Positions 11,519 to 22,890 of a DNA stretch of 64,000 nt are shown piece by piece. Both the position numbers and the translations under genes were made by a program. Position 1 is the stretch's first letter. Each line of letters starts with the position of its first letter. The notes beneath the pieces are model-generated. The model saw only the letters and a list, made by a program, of their open reading frames with translations, searched no databases and was not told the origin of the DNA. This DNA is from an uncultured Chloroflexia bacterium (GTDB lineage: Bacteria > Chloroflexota > Limnocylindria > Limnocylindrales > CSP1-4), in the NCBI GenBank assembly GCA_963763775.1, contig CAVXPZ010000001.1:96001-160000 (forward strand). Reading direction: 5' to 3'.

Positions 11519-13130
11519 ATGTCCGCGCGCATCCGGCCGATCGCCGCCGCCCTCGCGCTCCTGCTGACGGTCGGGGCCGCGCTCGACCATCGGGCCCGGG
11601 TCGGCGCTCGCGGCCGATTTCCCGGCGAAGGACTCGCGCTACCACTCGTACGCGGAGATGGTCCAGGTCCTCCAGGACACCCAGGCGGCGCACCCGGACA
11701 TCGTCCAGGTCCGGTCGATCGGCAAGAGCTACCAGGGCCGGGACATCTGGGCGGTGAAGGTCTCCGACAACGTGACGACCGACGAGGCCGAGCCCGAGGT
11801 CATGTTCGACTCGCTCCATCACGCGCGGGAGCACCTCTCGCTCGAGCAGGACCTGGCGCTCCTGCGCTGGCTCACCGACGGCTACGGGTCGGACGCCCGG
11901 ATCACGAAGATCGTGGACAGCACCGAGATCTGGATCATCCCGTCGGTCAACCCGGACGGCGCCGAGTACGACCTCACCGGCAACCCGTACCAGGAGTGGC
12001 GGAAGAACCGGCAGCCGAACGCCGGCTCCACGCACAAGGGCACCGACCTCAACCGCAACTACGGGTATCGCTGGGGCTGTTGCGGTGGCTCGTCGGGCTC
12101 GAAGGCGGCTGCGACGTACCGGGGCAAGGCCGCGTTCTCCGCGCCCGAGACGCAGGTGATGCGCGACTTCATGCTCAGCCGGCGCGTCGGCGGGCAGCAG
12201 CAGATCAAGCTCGCGATCACCTTCCACACGGCCGGCGAGCAGATCCTCTGGCCGTACGGCTACACGAAGACCGACATCCCCTCGGACATGACCGCCGACG
12301 ACCACGCCGCCCTCGTCCGCCTCGGCAAGGGCATGGCGACGCGGAACGGCTACACGGCGATGCAGTCCAGCAGCCTGTACGTGACCGACGGGGACGAGAT
12401 CGACTGGGCGTACGGCAGCCAGCGGATCTGGATGTTCACGATGGAGCTGTACCCGTCCCACAAGCAGGTGAGCTCGCTCGCCCGGTTCTACCCGCCCGAC
12501 GAGGTCATCGGCCGCGAGACCGCCCGCAACAAGGACGCGATCCTGTACCTGATCGAGCATGCCGGCTGCCGGTACTCGGTCAACCTCCAGACGAAGACCC
12601 ACTGCGGCCCGCTGTTCGACGACTTCGAGACCGCGAACGGCTGGACCGTGGACCCGCTCGGGACCGACACGGCCACCGGCGGCAAGTGGCAGCGCGGGAA
12701 CCCGGCGGCCACGACCCGCCAGGCGGGGACCGTCCCGTCCGGGTCGCGCGCCCTGGTCACCGGGCTCGCCGCCGGGTCGTCGTCGAACGCCAACGACGTC
12801 GACGGCGGCGTGACATCGGTCCGGTCCGCGCCGGTCACCCTCCCCGCCACGACCGGATCGCTGACCTTCCGCTACTACCTGGCGCACGCCTCGAACTCGT
12901 CGGCCGCGGACTACTTCCGCGCCTTCGTCGAGCGGGACGACGGGACCCGCACGCTGGTCCAGCAGGAGCGCGGTGCGGCGAACATCGACGCGCCGCGGTG
13001 GCGCACGGTGTCCGTGCCGATGACCCCGTGGGCCGGTCAGACCGTCCGGATCGTCTTCGAGGCGGCAGACCTGGCCGGCCCGAGCACGGTCGAGGCAGCC
13101 GTGGACGACGTCCGGATCACTCGCCCGTAG
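11519..13130 (+). CDS. Secreted M14 zinc carboxypeptidase (carboxypeptidase T-like) with C-terminal beta domain; frameshift after the signal peptide
   Basis: [21 protein letters not shown] Zn ligand, TMEL catalytic Glu. Confidence 0.9.
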
Positions 13131-14223
13131 GACGCGGCAGGCGGACGGCGAACGTCGTCCCGCCACCCGCCGGCGTCGTCACCGCGATCGTGCCGCCGTG
13201 CGCCTCCACCAGGCCTCGCGCGATCGCGAGGCCCAGCCCGGAGCCGCGCGAGTCGTCCCCCTTGATGAACCGGTCGAAGACATGGGGGAGCAGCGCGGGA
13301 TCGATCCCCGGGCCGGTGTCGGCCACGGTCAGCGTGACCCACCCGGGCTCGGCTGTACCGCCGCCGAGCGTGACCGCGCCCCCGGACGGCGTGTGCCGGA
13401 GGGCGTTCGCGACGAGGTTGGTCAGGACTTCGCGGATCCGGACGGGGTCGATCTCGAGGAGCGGCAGGTCGCCATCGATCGCGGTCGCGAGCGTCACCCC
13501 GGCCGTCGCCGCTCCGGGCGTGAACGCGCGCATGACGTCGCCGATGAGGACGTCGGGGTCGGTCGGCTCCGGGTACAGCGGGAGGGTGCCCGCCTCGGCA
13601 AGGGTGATCGTGCGCAGGTCGTCGATCAGCCGTTCCAGGACGCGAGTCTCCTCGAGGATCGGCGCGAGGTGGGCGGCGTCGGGTGGGTACACGCCGTCGA
13701 TGATCGCCTCCAGGTTGCCCGTGATGACCGCCAGCGGCGTTCGGAGTTCGTGGCTGATGTCCGCGAGGAGCGTCCGTCGCTGCTCGTCGTCCGCCTCGAG
13801 GCGGGCGGCCATGGTGTCGAAGCCCGCCGCGAGGGACTGGATCGCCGGGACGTCGGACTCGGGCCGTCCGATGCGGACGCCGTAGTCGCCGCCCTCCACC
13901 CGCCCCGTCGCGTCGAGGATCAGGTCGAGCGATCGCGCGGCGCCGCGGAGCCCACGACCGACGGCCGCCATGATCCCGATCCCGCCGGCGACCGCGATGA
14001 CGGCCGGCACCGGCCCGAGGCTGGCCAGCAGCGACCCGACGACGAGGAGGATCGAGGCGGCGACGATGATGAAGACCAGACCCGCGAGGCACCCGAATCC
14101 GCGCTGGAACCGTCGACGGGAGTGCCGGCCCTGGCGGCGGATCGCCCGCATCCGTCGTTGCATCTCGCGTCGCCGGAGCACCTGCCGATCCGGCCCGACG
14201 TCCGCGCGCCGCGGCGCGGTCAT
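13117..14223 (-). CDS. HAMP sensor histidine kinase
   Basis: [27 protein letters not shown]. Confidence 0.92.
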   Translation of the reverse strand: MTAPRRADVGPDRQVLRRREMQRRMRAIRRQGRHSRRRFQRGFGCLAGLVFIIVAASILLVVGSLLASLGPVPAVIAVAGGIGIMAAVGRGLRGAARSLDLILDATGRVEGGDYGVRIGRPESDVPAIQSLAAGFDTMAARLEADDEQRRTLLADISHELRTPLAVITGNLEAIIDGVYPPDAAHLAPILEETRVLERLIDDLRTITLAEAGTLPLYPEPTDPDVLIGDVMRAFTPGAATAGVTLATAIDGDLPLLEIDPVRIREVLTNLVANALRHTPSGGAVTLGGGTAEPGWVTLTVADTGPGIDPALLPHVFDRFIKGDDSRGSGLGLAIARGLVEAHGGTIAVTTPAGGGTTFAVRLPRPTGE

Positions 14224-14915
14224 CCGGCCGAGCCTCGGTCGTCGGCGAAACGGTAGCCCACGCCGTAGACGGTCAGGACGTACCGCGGCACACGCGGGTC
14301 CGGCTCGATCTTGCGGCGGAGGTTCTTGACGTGGGAGTCGATGGCCCGTTCGTACGACTCGAAGGCGACGCCGCGAACGGCGTCGAGCAACTGCGAGCGC
14401 GTGAAGATCCGGCCGGGGCTCGCGGCCATCGTCGAGAGGAGGCCGAATTCGGTCGCGGTCAGCTCGACGGACCGTCCGGCCACGGAAGCGTGCATGCGCG
14501 GCACGTCGAGGGTGACGTCCCCGGCCCGGATGACGTCACCCGGTTCCGCGGCCCGCTCGGTCCGGCGCAGCACCGCCTTCACGCGGGCGACGAGTTCTCT
14601 GGGCGAGAACGGCTTCGTGAGGTAGTCGTCCGCTCCGAGTTCGAGACCCAGCAGCTTGTCGATCTCGTCGTCGCGGGCGGTCAGCATGACGATCGGGATC
14701 GTGGAGTCGCGCCGGAGCTCGCGCGTGACCTCGAGGCCGTCGAGGCCGGGGAGCCCGATATCGAGGACGACCAGGTCCGGTCGCCGGCGACGGGCGGTCT
14801 CGACGGCGTCGCGGCCGTCCCCGGCCGTGAGGACGGCGAAGCCCGCGTGCTCGAGGTAGTCGCGGGCGAGTTGGACGATCTTCGGTTCGTCGTCGACGAC
14901 GAGGATGGTTCGCAT
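14220..14915 (-). CDS. OmpR-family response regulator
   Basis: ILVVDDE, GADDYLTKPFSPREL, IDSHVKNLRRK, TVYGVGY. Confidence 0.95.
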   Translation of the reverse strand: MRTILVVDDEPKIVQLARDYLEHAGFAVLTAGDGRDAVETARRRRPDLVVLDIGLPGLDGLEVTRELRRDSTIPIVMLTARDDEIDKLLGLELGADDYLTKPFSPRELVARVKAVLRRTERAAEPGDVIRAGDVTLDVPRMHASVAGRSVELTATEFGLLSTMAASPGRIFTRSQLLDAVRGVAFESYERAIDSHVKNLRRKIEPDPRVPRYVLTVYGVGYRFADDRGSAG

Positions 14916-14938
14916 GCGGGCCATCGTAGAGGGCGGAT

Positions 14939-14967
14939 GCGCCCCCGGGGATGATGCCCGGGGGCGC
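14939..14967. terminator. GC-rich stem-loop between the membrane-protein gene and the response regulator
   Basis: Perfect 11-bp stem GCGCCCCCGGG/CCCGGGGGCGC with a 7-nt loop; no U-tract. Confidence 0.4.
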
Positions 14968-14986
14968 GTGGGGGAGGGGAGGACGG

Positions 14987-15403
14987 TCAGCTCGCGGACG
15001 GGCCGGCCGGCGGTTCCGGCGGGGTCGCGTGCGCCTGGCGGTGCCAGTCGTCGAAGGTCCCGTGGAACTGGGAGGCGTAGCGGGCTCGCCGGGCGTCGGG
15101 ATCCCAGCCGGGACCCCAGCCGTGGCCGCGTCGGCCGCCGAAGATCACGGCCCGGATGAGGCCGATGACCAGGAACACGAAGAACAGGCTGAACAGCAGG
15201 CCGAAGAACCCGAAGCCGAAGCCCACGGGCCCCCACCCGAACCCGTAGGCGGGGACGACGACCGGGGCGACCACGGTCCCGGCGGCGACGGCTGTGGTCG
15301 TGACGGCCGCAGATAGGCCGGCTTGATAGGCGGTGGTGGCGATGATCCCGCCGCCGACCGCGAGGACGGCGACCAGGATGATCGCGGCGACGATGCGGGG
15401 CAT
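14987..15403 (-). CDS. Two-TM hypothetical membrane protein upstream of the two-component system
   Basis: Two hydrophobic segments, C-terminal FDDWHRQAH; AAGGAG RBS. Confidence 0.8.
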   Translation of the reverse strand: MPRIVAAIILVAVLAVGGGIIATTAYQAGLSAAVTTTAVAAGTVVAPVVVPAYGFGWGPVGFGFGFFGLLFSLFFVFLVIGLIRAVIFGGRRGHGWGPGWDPDARRARYASQFHGTFDDWHRQAHATPPEPPAGPSAS

Positions 15404-15472
15404 GGGCGCGGACTCCTTTGATCGGATGTCGGGACCCCCGATGGATCCCGTCGCCTCTCACGTTCGCGCCGC

Positions 15473-15494
15473 GATGTGGAGCGGATATGGAGGG
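15473..15494. promoter_or_regulatory. Probable OmpR-type direct-repeat box
   Basis: ATGTGGAGCGG ATATGGAGGGG, 11-bp period, about 70 bp upstream of 15403. Confidence 0.45.
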
Positions 15495-15520
15495 GACGTG
15501 GGCGCCCCGTCGAGGAAGTC

Positions 15521-15549
15521 TTGACAGTGGCACGTCGCACTGGCACAAT
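15521..15549 (+). promoter_or_regulatory. Sigma70 promoter of merR-vwa with a dyad in the spacer
   Basis: TTGACA-17 bp-CACAAT with extended TG; CAGTG-N8-CACTG inverted repeat at 15525-15542; ATG 6 nt downstream. Confidence 0.75.
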
Positions 15550-15555
15550 CGACCC

Positions 15556-16128
15556 ATGCCTGACGACCCGCGTTACAGCCTCTCGGAGCTTGCCGACCTC
15601 GCCGGGGTGACGCCGCGCACGGTGCGTTACTACCTCGCGAGCGGCCTCCTGCCGGGCGTCGGCCAGCCCGGCCCGGGCGCCAAGTACGGCGACGACCACC
15701 TCGATCGTCTGCGTGTCATCCGTCGGCTGCAGCGAGAGCATCTGCCGCTCGCCGAGATCCGGCACCGGCTGGCGGGCCTCGACGAGGCGACCATGCACGA
15801 CCTCGCGCACATCGACGAGGACGACCGCCCACCGGACTCGGCGCTCGAGTACGTCCGGTCCGTCCTCGGATCGGCCCCAGCGCCCATCTCCATGCCCCGC
15901 CAGTCGATGCCGGCCGGAAGCCTGCTGCGACGGGCGGCCCTGCCCGTCACCGAGCCCCTCGGCGACGCATCCAGCCCGACGACCTCGACCGTCGAGCGCT
16001 CCCAGTGGGAGCGTGTCGTGATCGCCCCCGACGTCGAGCTCCATGTCCGGCGTCCATCGAGTCGGACCCAGAACAAGCGGATCGATCGCCTGATCACGAT
16101 CGCGCGCGAGCTCCTCGAGGAGGATTGA
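15556..16128 (+). CDS. MerR-type HTH transcriptional regulator
   Basis: YSLSELADLAGVTPRTVRYYLASGLL..Y..L..IRRLQ..LPLAEI. Confidence 0.88.
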   Translation: MPDDPRYSLSELADLAGVTPRTVRYYLASGLLPGVGQPGPGAKYGDDHLDRLRVIRRLQREHLPLAEIRHRLAGLDEATMHDLAHIDEDDRPPDSALEYVRSVLGSAPAPISMPRQSMPAGSLLRRAALPVTEPLGDASSPTTSTVERSQWERVVIAPDVELHVRRPSSRTQNKRIDRLITIARELLEED

Positions 16129-16129
16129 C

Positions 16130-17416
16130 ATGACCACCGACCTTCGCTCCACCTTCGCGGTCCGACAGGACCGCCGCTACATCCGCCAGACCGCCCACAG
16201 CGAGCGGTTCGTCGTCGCGACGATCGAGGCGCCCCGGGCCGTGGGCACGCGACCTCGACCGCCGGTCAACCTCGCGATCGTGCTGGATCGCTCCGGGTCG
16301 ATGTCCGGGCAGAAGCTCGAGACGGCGAAGCACGCCGTCGAGGAGGCGGTCGCCCGACTCACGGCCGACGACCGGTTCAGCATCGTGGTCTATGACGACC
16401 GAGTCGATGTCGTCGTCCCATCGACACCCGCGACATCGGACGCCCGCCGGTCGGCGGTCGATCGGCTCGGCGAGATCCACGCGCGAGGGACCACGAACCT
16501 GGCGGAGGGCTGGCTTCGAGGCTGCGAGCAGGTCGCCGCCCATCTGACCGGCGACGGCATCGACCGCTGCCTCCTCCTGACCGACGGTCTCGCGAACGTC
16601 GGGATCACCGATCCTGGCGAGCTCGCCGCGCACGCCGCGGCGCTCCGGTCGCGCGGGGTCTCGACCACGACGTTCGGCGTCGGATCGGACTTCGACGAGC
16701 GCCTGCTCACCGACCTCGCCGACGCGGGTGGCGGGCATTTCTACTACATCGCTGACGCGCCGCAGATCCGGGACGCCATCACCTCCGAGGTCGGCGAGAC
16801 CCTCGAGGTCGTCGCGCGCGATGTCGTGCTCGATGTCACCGCTCGCGACGACATCCGCATCGATGCGATCACCCCGCATCGGGTCATGCGCCAGGGCGGA
16901 CGGACATCGGTGGCCATCGGCGACCTGGGCTCGGAGCAGGTGGTGGAGGTGGTGCTGCGCCTGTCGTTCCCCTATGGGGAGCCGGGGCAGGAGACCGGCG
17001 TGATCGTCGCGCTCGGCGATCGCGACGGCGTGCTCGAGGGGAGGGACGATGCGGCTCGGCTCACCTGGACCTACGCCGACCACCGCACCAACGACGCCCA
17101 GGCTCGCGATCCGGAGGTGGACCGGGTGGTCGCCCGGGTCTTCGCGGCCCGTGTCCGCCAGGAGGCCGTCGGCCTGAACCGCGACGGTCGGTATGACGAC
17201 GCCAGGAGGCTCCTGCGAGGGACCGGGCGACGCATCCGGGACTACGCCGGCCGCGACCCGGCCCTGCTCGGGATCGTCGCCACGCTGAGCGAGGAGGAGG
17301 CGCTCTACGCGGCGCCGATGGCCGAGCAGCAACGCAAGCAGCACTACTACGCGAGCGCCAACATGGCCCGCTCTCGCGACGCACAGGGACGCTCGATGAA
17401 GCGCCCGACGAGCTGA
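16130..17416 (+). CDS. VWA domain protein (YfbK/Ca-activated chloride channel-like)
   Basis: MIDAS DRSGS, GTTN, LLTDG; translationally coupled to merR. Confidence 0.9.
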   Translation: MTTDLRSTFAVRQDRRYIRQTAHSERFVVATIEAPRAVGTRPRPPVNLAIVLDRSGSMSGQKLETAKHAVEEAVARLTADDRFSIVVYDDRVDVVVPSTPATSDARRSAVDRLGEIHARGTTNLAEGWLRGCEQVAAHLTGDGIDRCLLLTDGLANVGITDPGELAAHAAALRSRGVSTTTFGVGSDFDERLLTDLADAGGGHFYYIADAPQIRDAITSEVGETLEVVARDVVLDVTARDDIRIDAITPHRVMRQGGRTSVAIGDLGSEQVVEVVLRLSFPYGEPGQETGVIVALGDRDGVLEGRDDAARLTWTYADHRTNDAQARDPEVDRVVARVFAARVRQEAVGLNRDGRYDDARRLLRGTGRRIRDYAGRDPALLGIVATLSEEEALYAAPMAEQQRKQHYYASANMARSRDAQGRSMKRPTS

Positions 17417-17521
17417 TCGGCCCAAACCCCTTGATTCGGTCGCGTATAGTCCGCGCGTAGAGGCGCCCGGAACGGATCCGCACGTGCCCAGCGGCGGTCG
17501 CCTGCACGGTTGGAGGGATCC

Positions 17522-18163
17522 ATGTCTCTGGAAGGCATCGTCATCGGACTCCTCGCCCTGGCCATCGGCCTCGGCTGGGCGTTCTACGGTCTGAAGGTCT
17601 TCACGATCCTCTTGCCCATCTGGGCGTTCTTCTTCGGCCTGACCTCCGGGGCACAGTGGAGTCAGGACATCTTCGGTCAGGGCTTCCTGAGCACGGTGCT
17701 CTCGTGGGGCATCGGCATCGTGTTCGGCGCCGTCCTCGCCGCCATCTCGTACTTCTGGTACTACGCGGCGATCACGATCGCCGGCGGTGCGCTCGGGTAC
17801 GTCCTGGGCGTCGGGTTCATGGATTGGCTCGGCATCGACGCCGCGATCCTGGGGATCATCGTCGGGCTCATCGTCGGCGCGGTCTTCGCGGCGGCGACGT
17901 TCCTCCTCGGCGTCCCGGCCTGGCTGATCATCCTGTTCTCCGGCATCAGCGGCTCTGCTGCGGCCGTCAACGGGGTGCTCATCCTCCTCGGGAGGATCAA
18001 GGTCGAAGACCTGAGCAGTGGCGTCGTCAACGGCCTGCTGACCGACACGACCATCGGCATCATCGCCTGGATCGTGCTGGCGGTCGTGGCGATCGTGTGG
18101 CAGACGCGGGACGTCGGCCGGACGGTCACGACGATCGAACGGACGAACTACCGCTACTACTAG
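17522..18163 (+). CDS. DUF4203-like multi-TM membrane protein
   Basis: About 7 hydrophobic segments, FYGLKVF near the N-terminus; GGAGG RBS. Confidence 0.75.
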   Translation: MSLEGIVIGLLALAIGLGWAFYGLKVFTILLPIWAFFFGLTSGAQWSQDIFGQGFLSTVLSWGIGIVFGAVLAAISYFWYYAAITIAGGALGYVLGVGFMDWLGIDAAILGIIVGLIVGAVFAAATFLLGVPAWLIILFSGISGSAAAVNGVLILLGRIKVEDLSSGVVNGLLTDTTIGIIAWIVLAVVAIVWQTRDVGRTVTTIERTNYRYY

Positions 18164-18167
18164 GCAG

Positions 18168-19689
18168 GTGCATCCGCGGTCGCTCGTCGCCGCCATCGAC
18201 CAGGGGACGACGAGCAGCCGCTGCATCCTCTTCGACCATGCCGGGTCGATCGTCGCGAGTCACCAGCTGGAGCACGCGCAGATCACGCCCAGTCCCGGCT
18301 GGGTCGAGCACGACCCCGACGAGATCATCGAGCGCGTGCGCGCCTGCGTGCGCGTCGCGATGCGCGAGGCCGGCGCGGACGCGCGCTCGCTGGCGGCGGT
18401 CGGGATCAGCGACCAGCGTGAGACGACCGTCGTGTGGGACCGCCGCACCGGCCGTCCCGCCCACCCCGCCATCGTGTGGCAGGACACGCGCACGGCGGAG
18501 ATGGGCCGACGGCTCGCCGCGGCCGGCGACGGCGGCCTGGACCGGTTCCGTGCCACGACCGGGCTGCCCATCTCCACGTATTCGTCCGGGCTCAAGCTCG
18601 CCTGGATCCTCGACGCGCTCGGCGACGATGGCCGGGCGGCGGCCGGACGGGGCGACCTGCTCTTCGGCACGATCGACAGCTGGCTCATCTGGCACCTGAC
18701 GGGCGGGGTCCAGGGCGGCGTCCACGTCACGGACGTCACGAACGCCTCGCGGACGATGCTCATGGACCTCGAGCGACTGGCGTGGGACGGCGCGATCCTC
18801 GACGAGCTCCGCATCCCGCGCGCCATGCTGCCCGAGATCCGTGGCTCGTCGGAGGTGTACGGCGCGGGCACGGGCGATCTGGCCGGCGTACCGATCGCGG
18901 GGGACCTCGGCGACCAGCAGGCGGCCCTGTTCGGCCAGACGTGTTTCGAGGCCGGGCAGGTCAAGTGCACCTACGGGACCGGGTGCTTCCAGCTGATGCA
19001 CACGGGCGGGCGGCCCGTCCACTCCACGCATGGACTCATCACCACGGTGGCCGCGCGACTCGGCGGCCCGGGGACGCCGACGACCTACGCCCTCGAGGGC
19101 TCGGTGGCGGTCGCCGGCTCGTTGATCCAGTGGCTTCGCGATGACCTGGGCATCATCGGGGACGCCGCCGAGGTCGAGCCGCTCGCCGCGAGCGTGCCGG
19201 ACAGCGGGGACGTGGTCTTCGTCCCGGCGTTCAGCGGGCTGTTCGCCCCGCGCTGGCGCAGCGATGCGCGCGGGGTGATCGCCGGCCTCACCCGGTTCAC
19301 CACCAAGGCGCACATCGCGCGCGCCGCCCTCGAGGCGACCGCCTACCAGGTCTACGACCTCGACGAGGCGATGGCCGCGGACCTGGGCGCCGCGCTGTCC
19401 GGCGACATGCGCGTGGACGGCGGGATGACCCGCAACCAGCTCCTGATGCAGTTCCAGGCGGACATCCTGGGCCGACCGGTGGCCGCGCCGCCGATCCTCG
19501 AGACGAGCGCGCTGGGGGCGGCCTACGCGGCCGGCCTGGCCGTCGGGTTCTGGAGCGGGCTCGACGAGCTGAAGGCCATGGACCGGGTCGCGGCGCGCTG
19601 GGAGCCCGACATGGGCGACGCAGACCCGCGCCGCCGGCATCGCGCGGTGGCGCAAGGGGGTCGAGCGGTCGCTGGACTGGGTCGACTGA
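18168..19689 (+). CDS. glpK: Glycerol kinase (frameshift near 19625)
   Basis: [40 protein letters not shown]; C-terminus [13 protein letters not shown] in a shifted frame. Confidence 0.95.
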
Positions 19690-19722
19690 ACGGTCCGCGC
19701 CGACTGGACGGTCGGTGCCACC

Positions 19723-20205
19723 ATGGAACGCATGGCGCGTTTGCGGGGATCCGGTCGGCGATGGCGATCGGCGCCCTGGTCGCGACCGTCCTCGGCGGAT
19801 GCGACGCATCGCTCGCTTCCGGTCGCCTCCGACGAGCCGCCCGTGACGCCTCCGCCGGCCAACATCATCGACCAGCTGGTCCGATCGACGATCCAGGCCA
19901 CCGGCGCCGAGGCCCCGTATCAGGTGCTCGAGATCCGCGAGGGCGCCTTCGACGACCTCCGGGGCCTCACGCCCGAAGCCGAGGCCGCCGGGTCGATCAC
20001 GCCCTATGCCACCGGTCGCCGGAGCCTCGACCGGCGGGTCTGGCGGGTGCGGCTGATCGCGACGGAGCCTTCGACGGCGTGCACCGGCGACCCGTGCGTG
20101 CGGCCGCAGTTCTATGTCGAGGCGTTCCTCGACACCACGACCGGGTCGGTGATCGCGGTCGTCACCGGGCCGGTCCCATCCGGCCTCGCCTCGCCCGCGC
20201 CCTGA
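19723..20205 (+). CDS. Hypothetical secreted protein or lipoprotein (N-terminus probably frameshifted)
   Basis: Lipobox-like [10 protein letters not shown] in an adjacent frame; typical GC3-rich body. Confidence 0.55.
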   Translation: MERMARLRGSGRRWRSAPWSRPSSADATHRSLPVASDEPPVTPPPANIIDQLVRSTIQATGAEAPYQVLEIREGAFDDLRGLTPEAEAAGSITPYATGRRSLDRRVWRVRLIATEPSTACTGDPCVRPQFYVEAFLDTTTGSVIAVVTGPVPSGLASPAP

Positions 20206-20214
20206 CGCGACCCG

Positions 20215-21043
20215 CTACGCCCACGGGCGGAGCGGTGCCAGGAACGACACGATCGCCTCGGTCAGCCGCTCCGGGACCTCCATCCCGATCATGTGCGCGA
20301 CGTCGTCCCAGACGATCGCCCGGGCGTCCGGGGCGTTCGCCGCGAGATGGCGGGCGGTCGCGGCCACCTCGCTGAAGTCCAGGCCGCCGGCGACCGCGAG
20401 GACCGGCACACGCAGCTCGGCGAGTCGCGCGTTCGCATCCGGCTCGAAGACGATGGGCTGCCCGTCGATATGCCCGGGCTGGTACAGCGCCGCGTCCATC
20501 GTCGCGGACCGCCTCGCGGATGGCCGCGTCGACGCGCCCCGCGTCCTGGCCGGGACCGTCGACCCACGCACGGACGTCGATGTCGGCGATCGCGTCGGGA
20601 TCGGGCGGGTCCGCCGACTCGAGGGCGTCCATCGCGTCGAAGAGCTCGATCTCCTCCGGCGTCGCCCCGCCGTCGAAGCCGCCGAGGCCGGCGCCGACCC
20701 CGACGACCGCGACGAACCGGTCGGGGTACTCGATCACGGTGTCGAAGGCGATGTGCCCGCCACGCGAGTTGCCCACGATCGCCGCACGTCCGATCCCGAG
20801 GGCATCCAGCACGGCGACCACGTCGGCGCGGTTCGAGAACGGCACGTCTTCGGTCACGGTCGCGCCGAACCCACGCTGGTCGTAGCGGACCACGCGATGG
20901 CCGGCCGCGACGAGCAGGGGTGCCATGGCGTCCCAGGCCCGCAGGTCCGCGATGCCGGCATGGAGCAGGACGATCGGTGGCCCGGCCCCCTCGTCGACCG
21001 TGTTGAGCCGTCCCCCGGGGACGTCGATCCAGGTCTGCGTCAT
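20215..21043 (-). CDS. Alpha/beta hydrolase (frameshift near 20505)
   Basis: LLHAG, YDQRGFG, GNSRGG nucleophile elbow, DVAHMIGME catalytic His. Confidence 0.88.
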
Positions 21044-21092
21044 GCCACAGCGTCTCCATGCGGGCTCCACACTCGGTCTCGAGGATAGCGGC

Positions 21093-22046
21093 ATGGAACC
21101 GATCATCCGTGTCAGTCACCTGACCAAGCAGTACAAGAAGTCCACCACGCCCGCGGTCGACGACATCAGCTTCGACGTCGCTCCCGGGGAACTCTTCGCC
21201 TTCCTCGGCCCCAACGGGGCAGGGAAGACGACCACGATCTCGATCCTGACCACGATCCTGGCCAAGACCAGCGGGACGGTCACGATCGCCGGCCACGACC
21301 TCGAGACCGATGCGACCGGCGTCCGCCGCCAGATCGGGATCATCTTCCAGAACCCGAGCATCGACGAGCACCTCTCCGGCGAGGAGAACATCCGCCTCCA
21401 CGTGGCGCTGTACGGCCTCTACGGCTATCGCCCGTTCTATCGCGCCATGCCGGCCGAGTACCGGCGCCGGGTGGAGGAGCTCGCGGCGATCGTCGGCCTC
21501 TCGGACGACATCGACAAGCCGCTCCGGACGTTCTCCGGGGGCATGAAGCGCAAGCTCGAGATCATCCGCAGCCTGATGCACCGGCCGCACGTCCTGTTCC
21601 TCGACGAGCCCAGTTCCGGCCTCGACCCGGTGAGCCGCCGCGGCCTGTGGGACTACCTTCGGCGGGTCCGCCAGACGGACGGCACGACGGTCTTCCTCAC
21701 GACGCACTACCTCGAGGAAGCGGAGGACGCGGACCGCGTGTGCGTCATCGACCACGGCCGGATCTCGATCATCGGCACCCCCGACGACCTCAAGCACGAG
21801 CTGCTCGACCGATCCGTGCTGCTCGACGCGCCGGACCGCGCCGCGCTCCGCGCCGAACTCACCGGGCTGGGGCTCACGCCCGTCGCCGATGCCGCCGGGC
21901 TCCTGCGGGTGCCCTACGCCGGCGCCACGGCGCAGGACCTGATCGCCCGGATCGGCACCCCGCTGTCGGTCCTGCGCGTCCACGAACCCAGTCTCGAGGA
22001 GGCCTACGTGGAACTCCTCCGAACATCCGAGGAGGCCATCGCATGA
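21093..22046 (+). CDS. ABC transporter ATP-binding protein (DrrA-like)
   Basis: GPNGAGKTT, FSGGM, LFLDEP, TTHY. Confidence 0.95.
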   Translation: MEPIIRVSHLTKQYKKSTTPAVDDISFDVAPGELFAFLGPNGAGKTTTISILTTILAKTSGTVTIAGHDLETDATGVRRQIGIIFQNPSIDEHLSGEENIRLHVALYGLYGYRPFYRAMPAEYRRRVEELAAIVGLSDDIDKPLRTFSGGMKRKLEIIRSLMHRPHVLFLDEPSSGLDPVSRRGLWDYLRRVRQTDGTTVFLTTHYLEEAEDADRVCVIDHGRISIIGTPDDLKHELLDRSVLLDAPDRAALRAELTGLGLTPVADAAGLLRVPYAGATAQDLIARIGTPLSVLRVHEPSLEEAYVELLRTSEEAIA

Positions 22047-22883
22047 CCGCCATCACCGGCACCCGCGCCGGAACCGATCGCCGGCAGCCGCCGCGCCGTC
22101 ATCGCGCGCGAGGTGAACGCCACCTTCGCGATCGCCTGGCGGGAGATCCTCCGGGCCGTCCGGAGCCCCGTCTCGATCGCCGTCACGGTCATCTTCCCGA
22201 TCCTGTTCATCGGGATCCTCGGCGGCAGCATCGACCAGAACCTCAGCGGGGCGATGGCGTTCGCGTACCTGCCCTACATGCTGATCGGGATGGTCGCCAA
22301 CGCCATGTACCAGGGGACGATCGGCGGCGTGACCAGCCTGATCGAGGACCGCGAACGTGACCTGACCGCAGAACTCTTCGTCGCCCCGATCTCGCGCTAC
22401 GCGGTCCTCGTCGGCAAGCTGATCGGATCTGGGATCGGCGCGATGTTCTCGCTGATCGGGATCGTGGCGATGATCTTCGTGATGCAGATCCCGATGGACT
22501 TCGGCGACCTGCTCCGCGTCATCGCGATCTCGCCGATCCTGGCCCTCGCCGGCGGTGCGCTCGGGATCATGTTCATCGGCCTGACCCAGGACCCGAAGGT
22601 CGTCTCCATCGGCGTGCCGTTGCTGATCTTCCCGCAGATCTTCCTGTCGGGGGCGTTGATCCCCGTGGCCGCGTCGAGCGGGATCCTCGGCCTCCTCGCC
22701 AAGATCATCCCGATGACCTACTCGATCGACCTGGCTCGCAACATCTTCTACTGGGGCAAGCCCGAGTACGGCGCCGCGGTCCTGAACCCCCCGATGCTGG
22801 ACCTCGCGGTCACCGTCGGGTTCATCCTGGTGTTCGTGGTGGTCGGGACGTACCTCTTCGTCCGGGCGGACCGGAACCGCTGA
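22043..22883 (+). CDS. ABC-2 permease (frameshift near the 5' end)
   Basis: Six TM helices, FVAPISR..LVGK, FLSGALIP, IPMTY; ATGA overlap. Confidence 0.9.
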
Positions 22884-22890
22884 CGCGGCG

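Noticed and set aside
9920-13885. 1321-aa ORF on the + strand
   Set aside because: Shadow or alternate-frame ORF over the malic enzyme, carboxypeptidase and kinase genes; Arg/Pro/Gly-rich with no motifs, typical of high-GC DNA
18168-20375. 735-aa glycerol kinase fusion
   Set aside because: The extension results from a frameshift; the normal GlpK C-terminus ends at 19689
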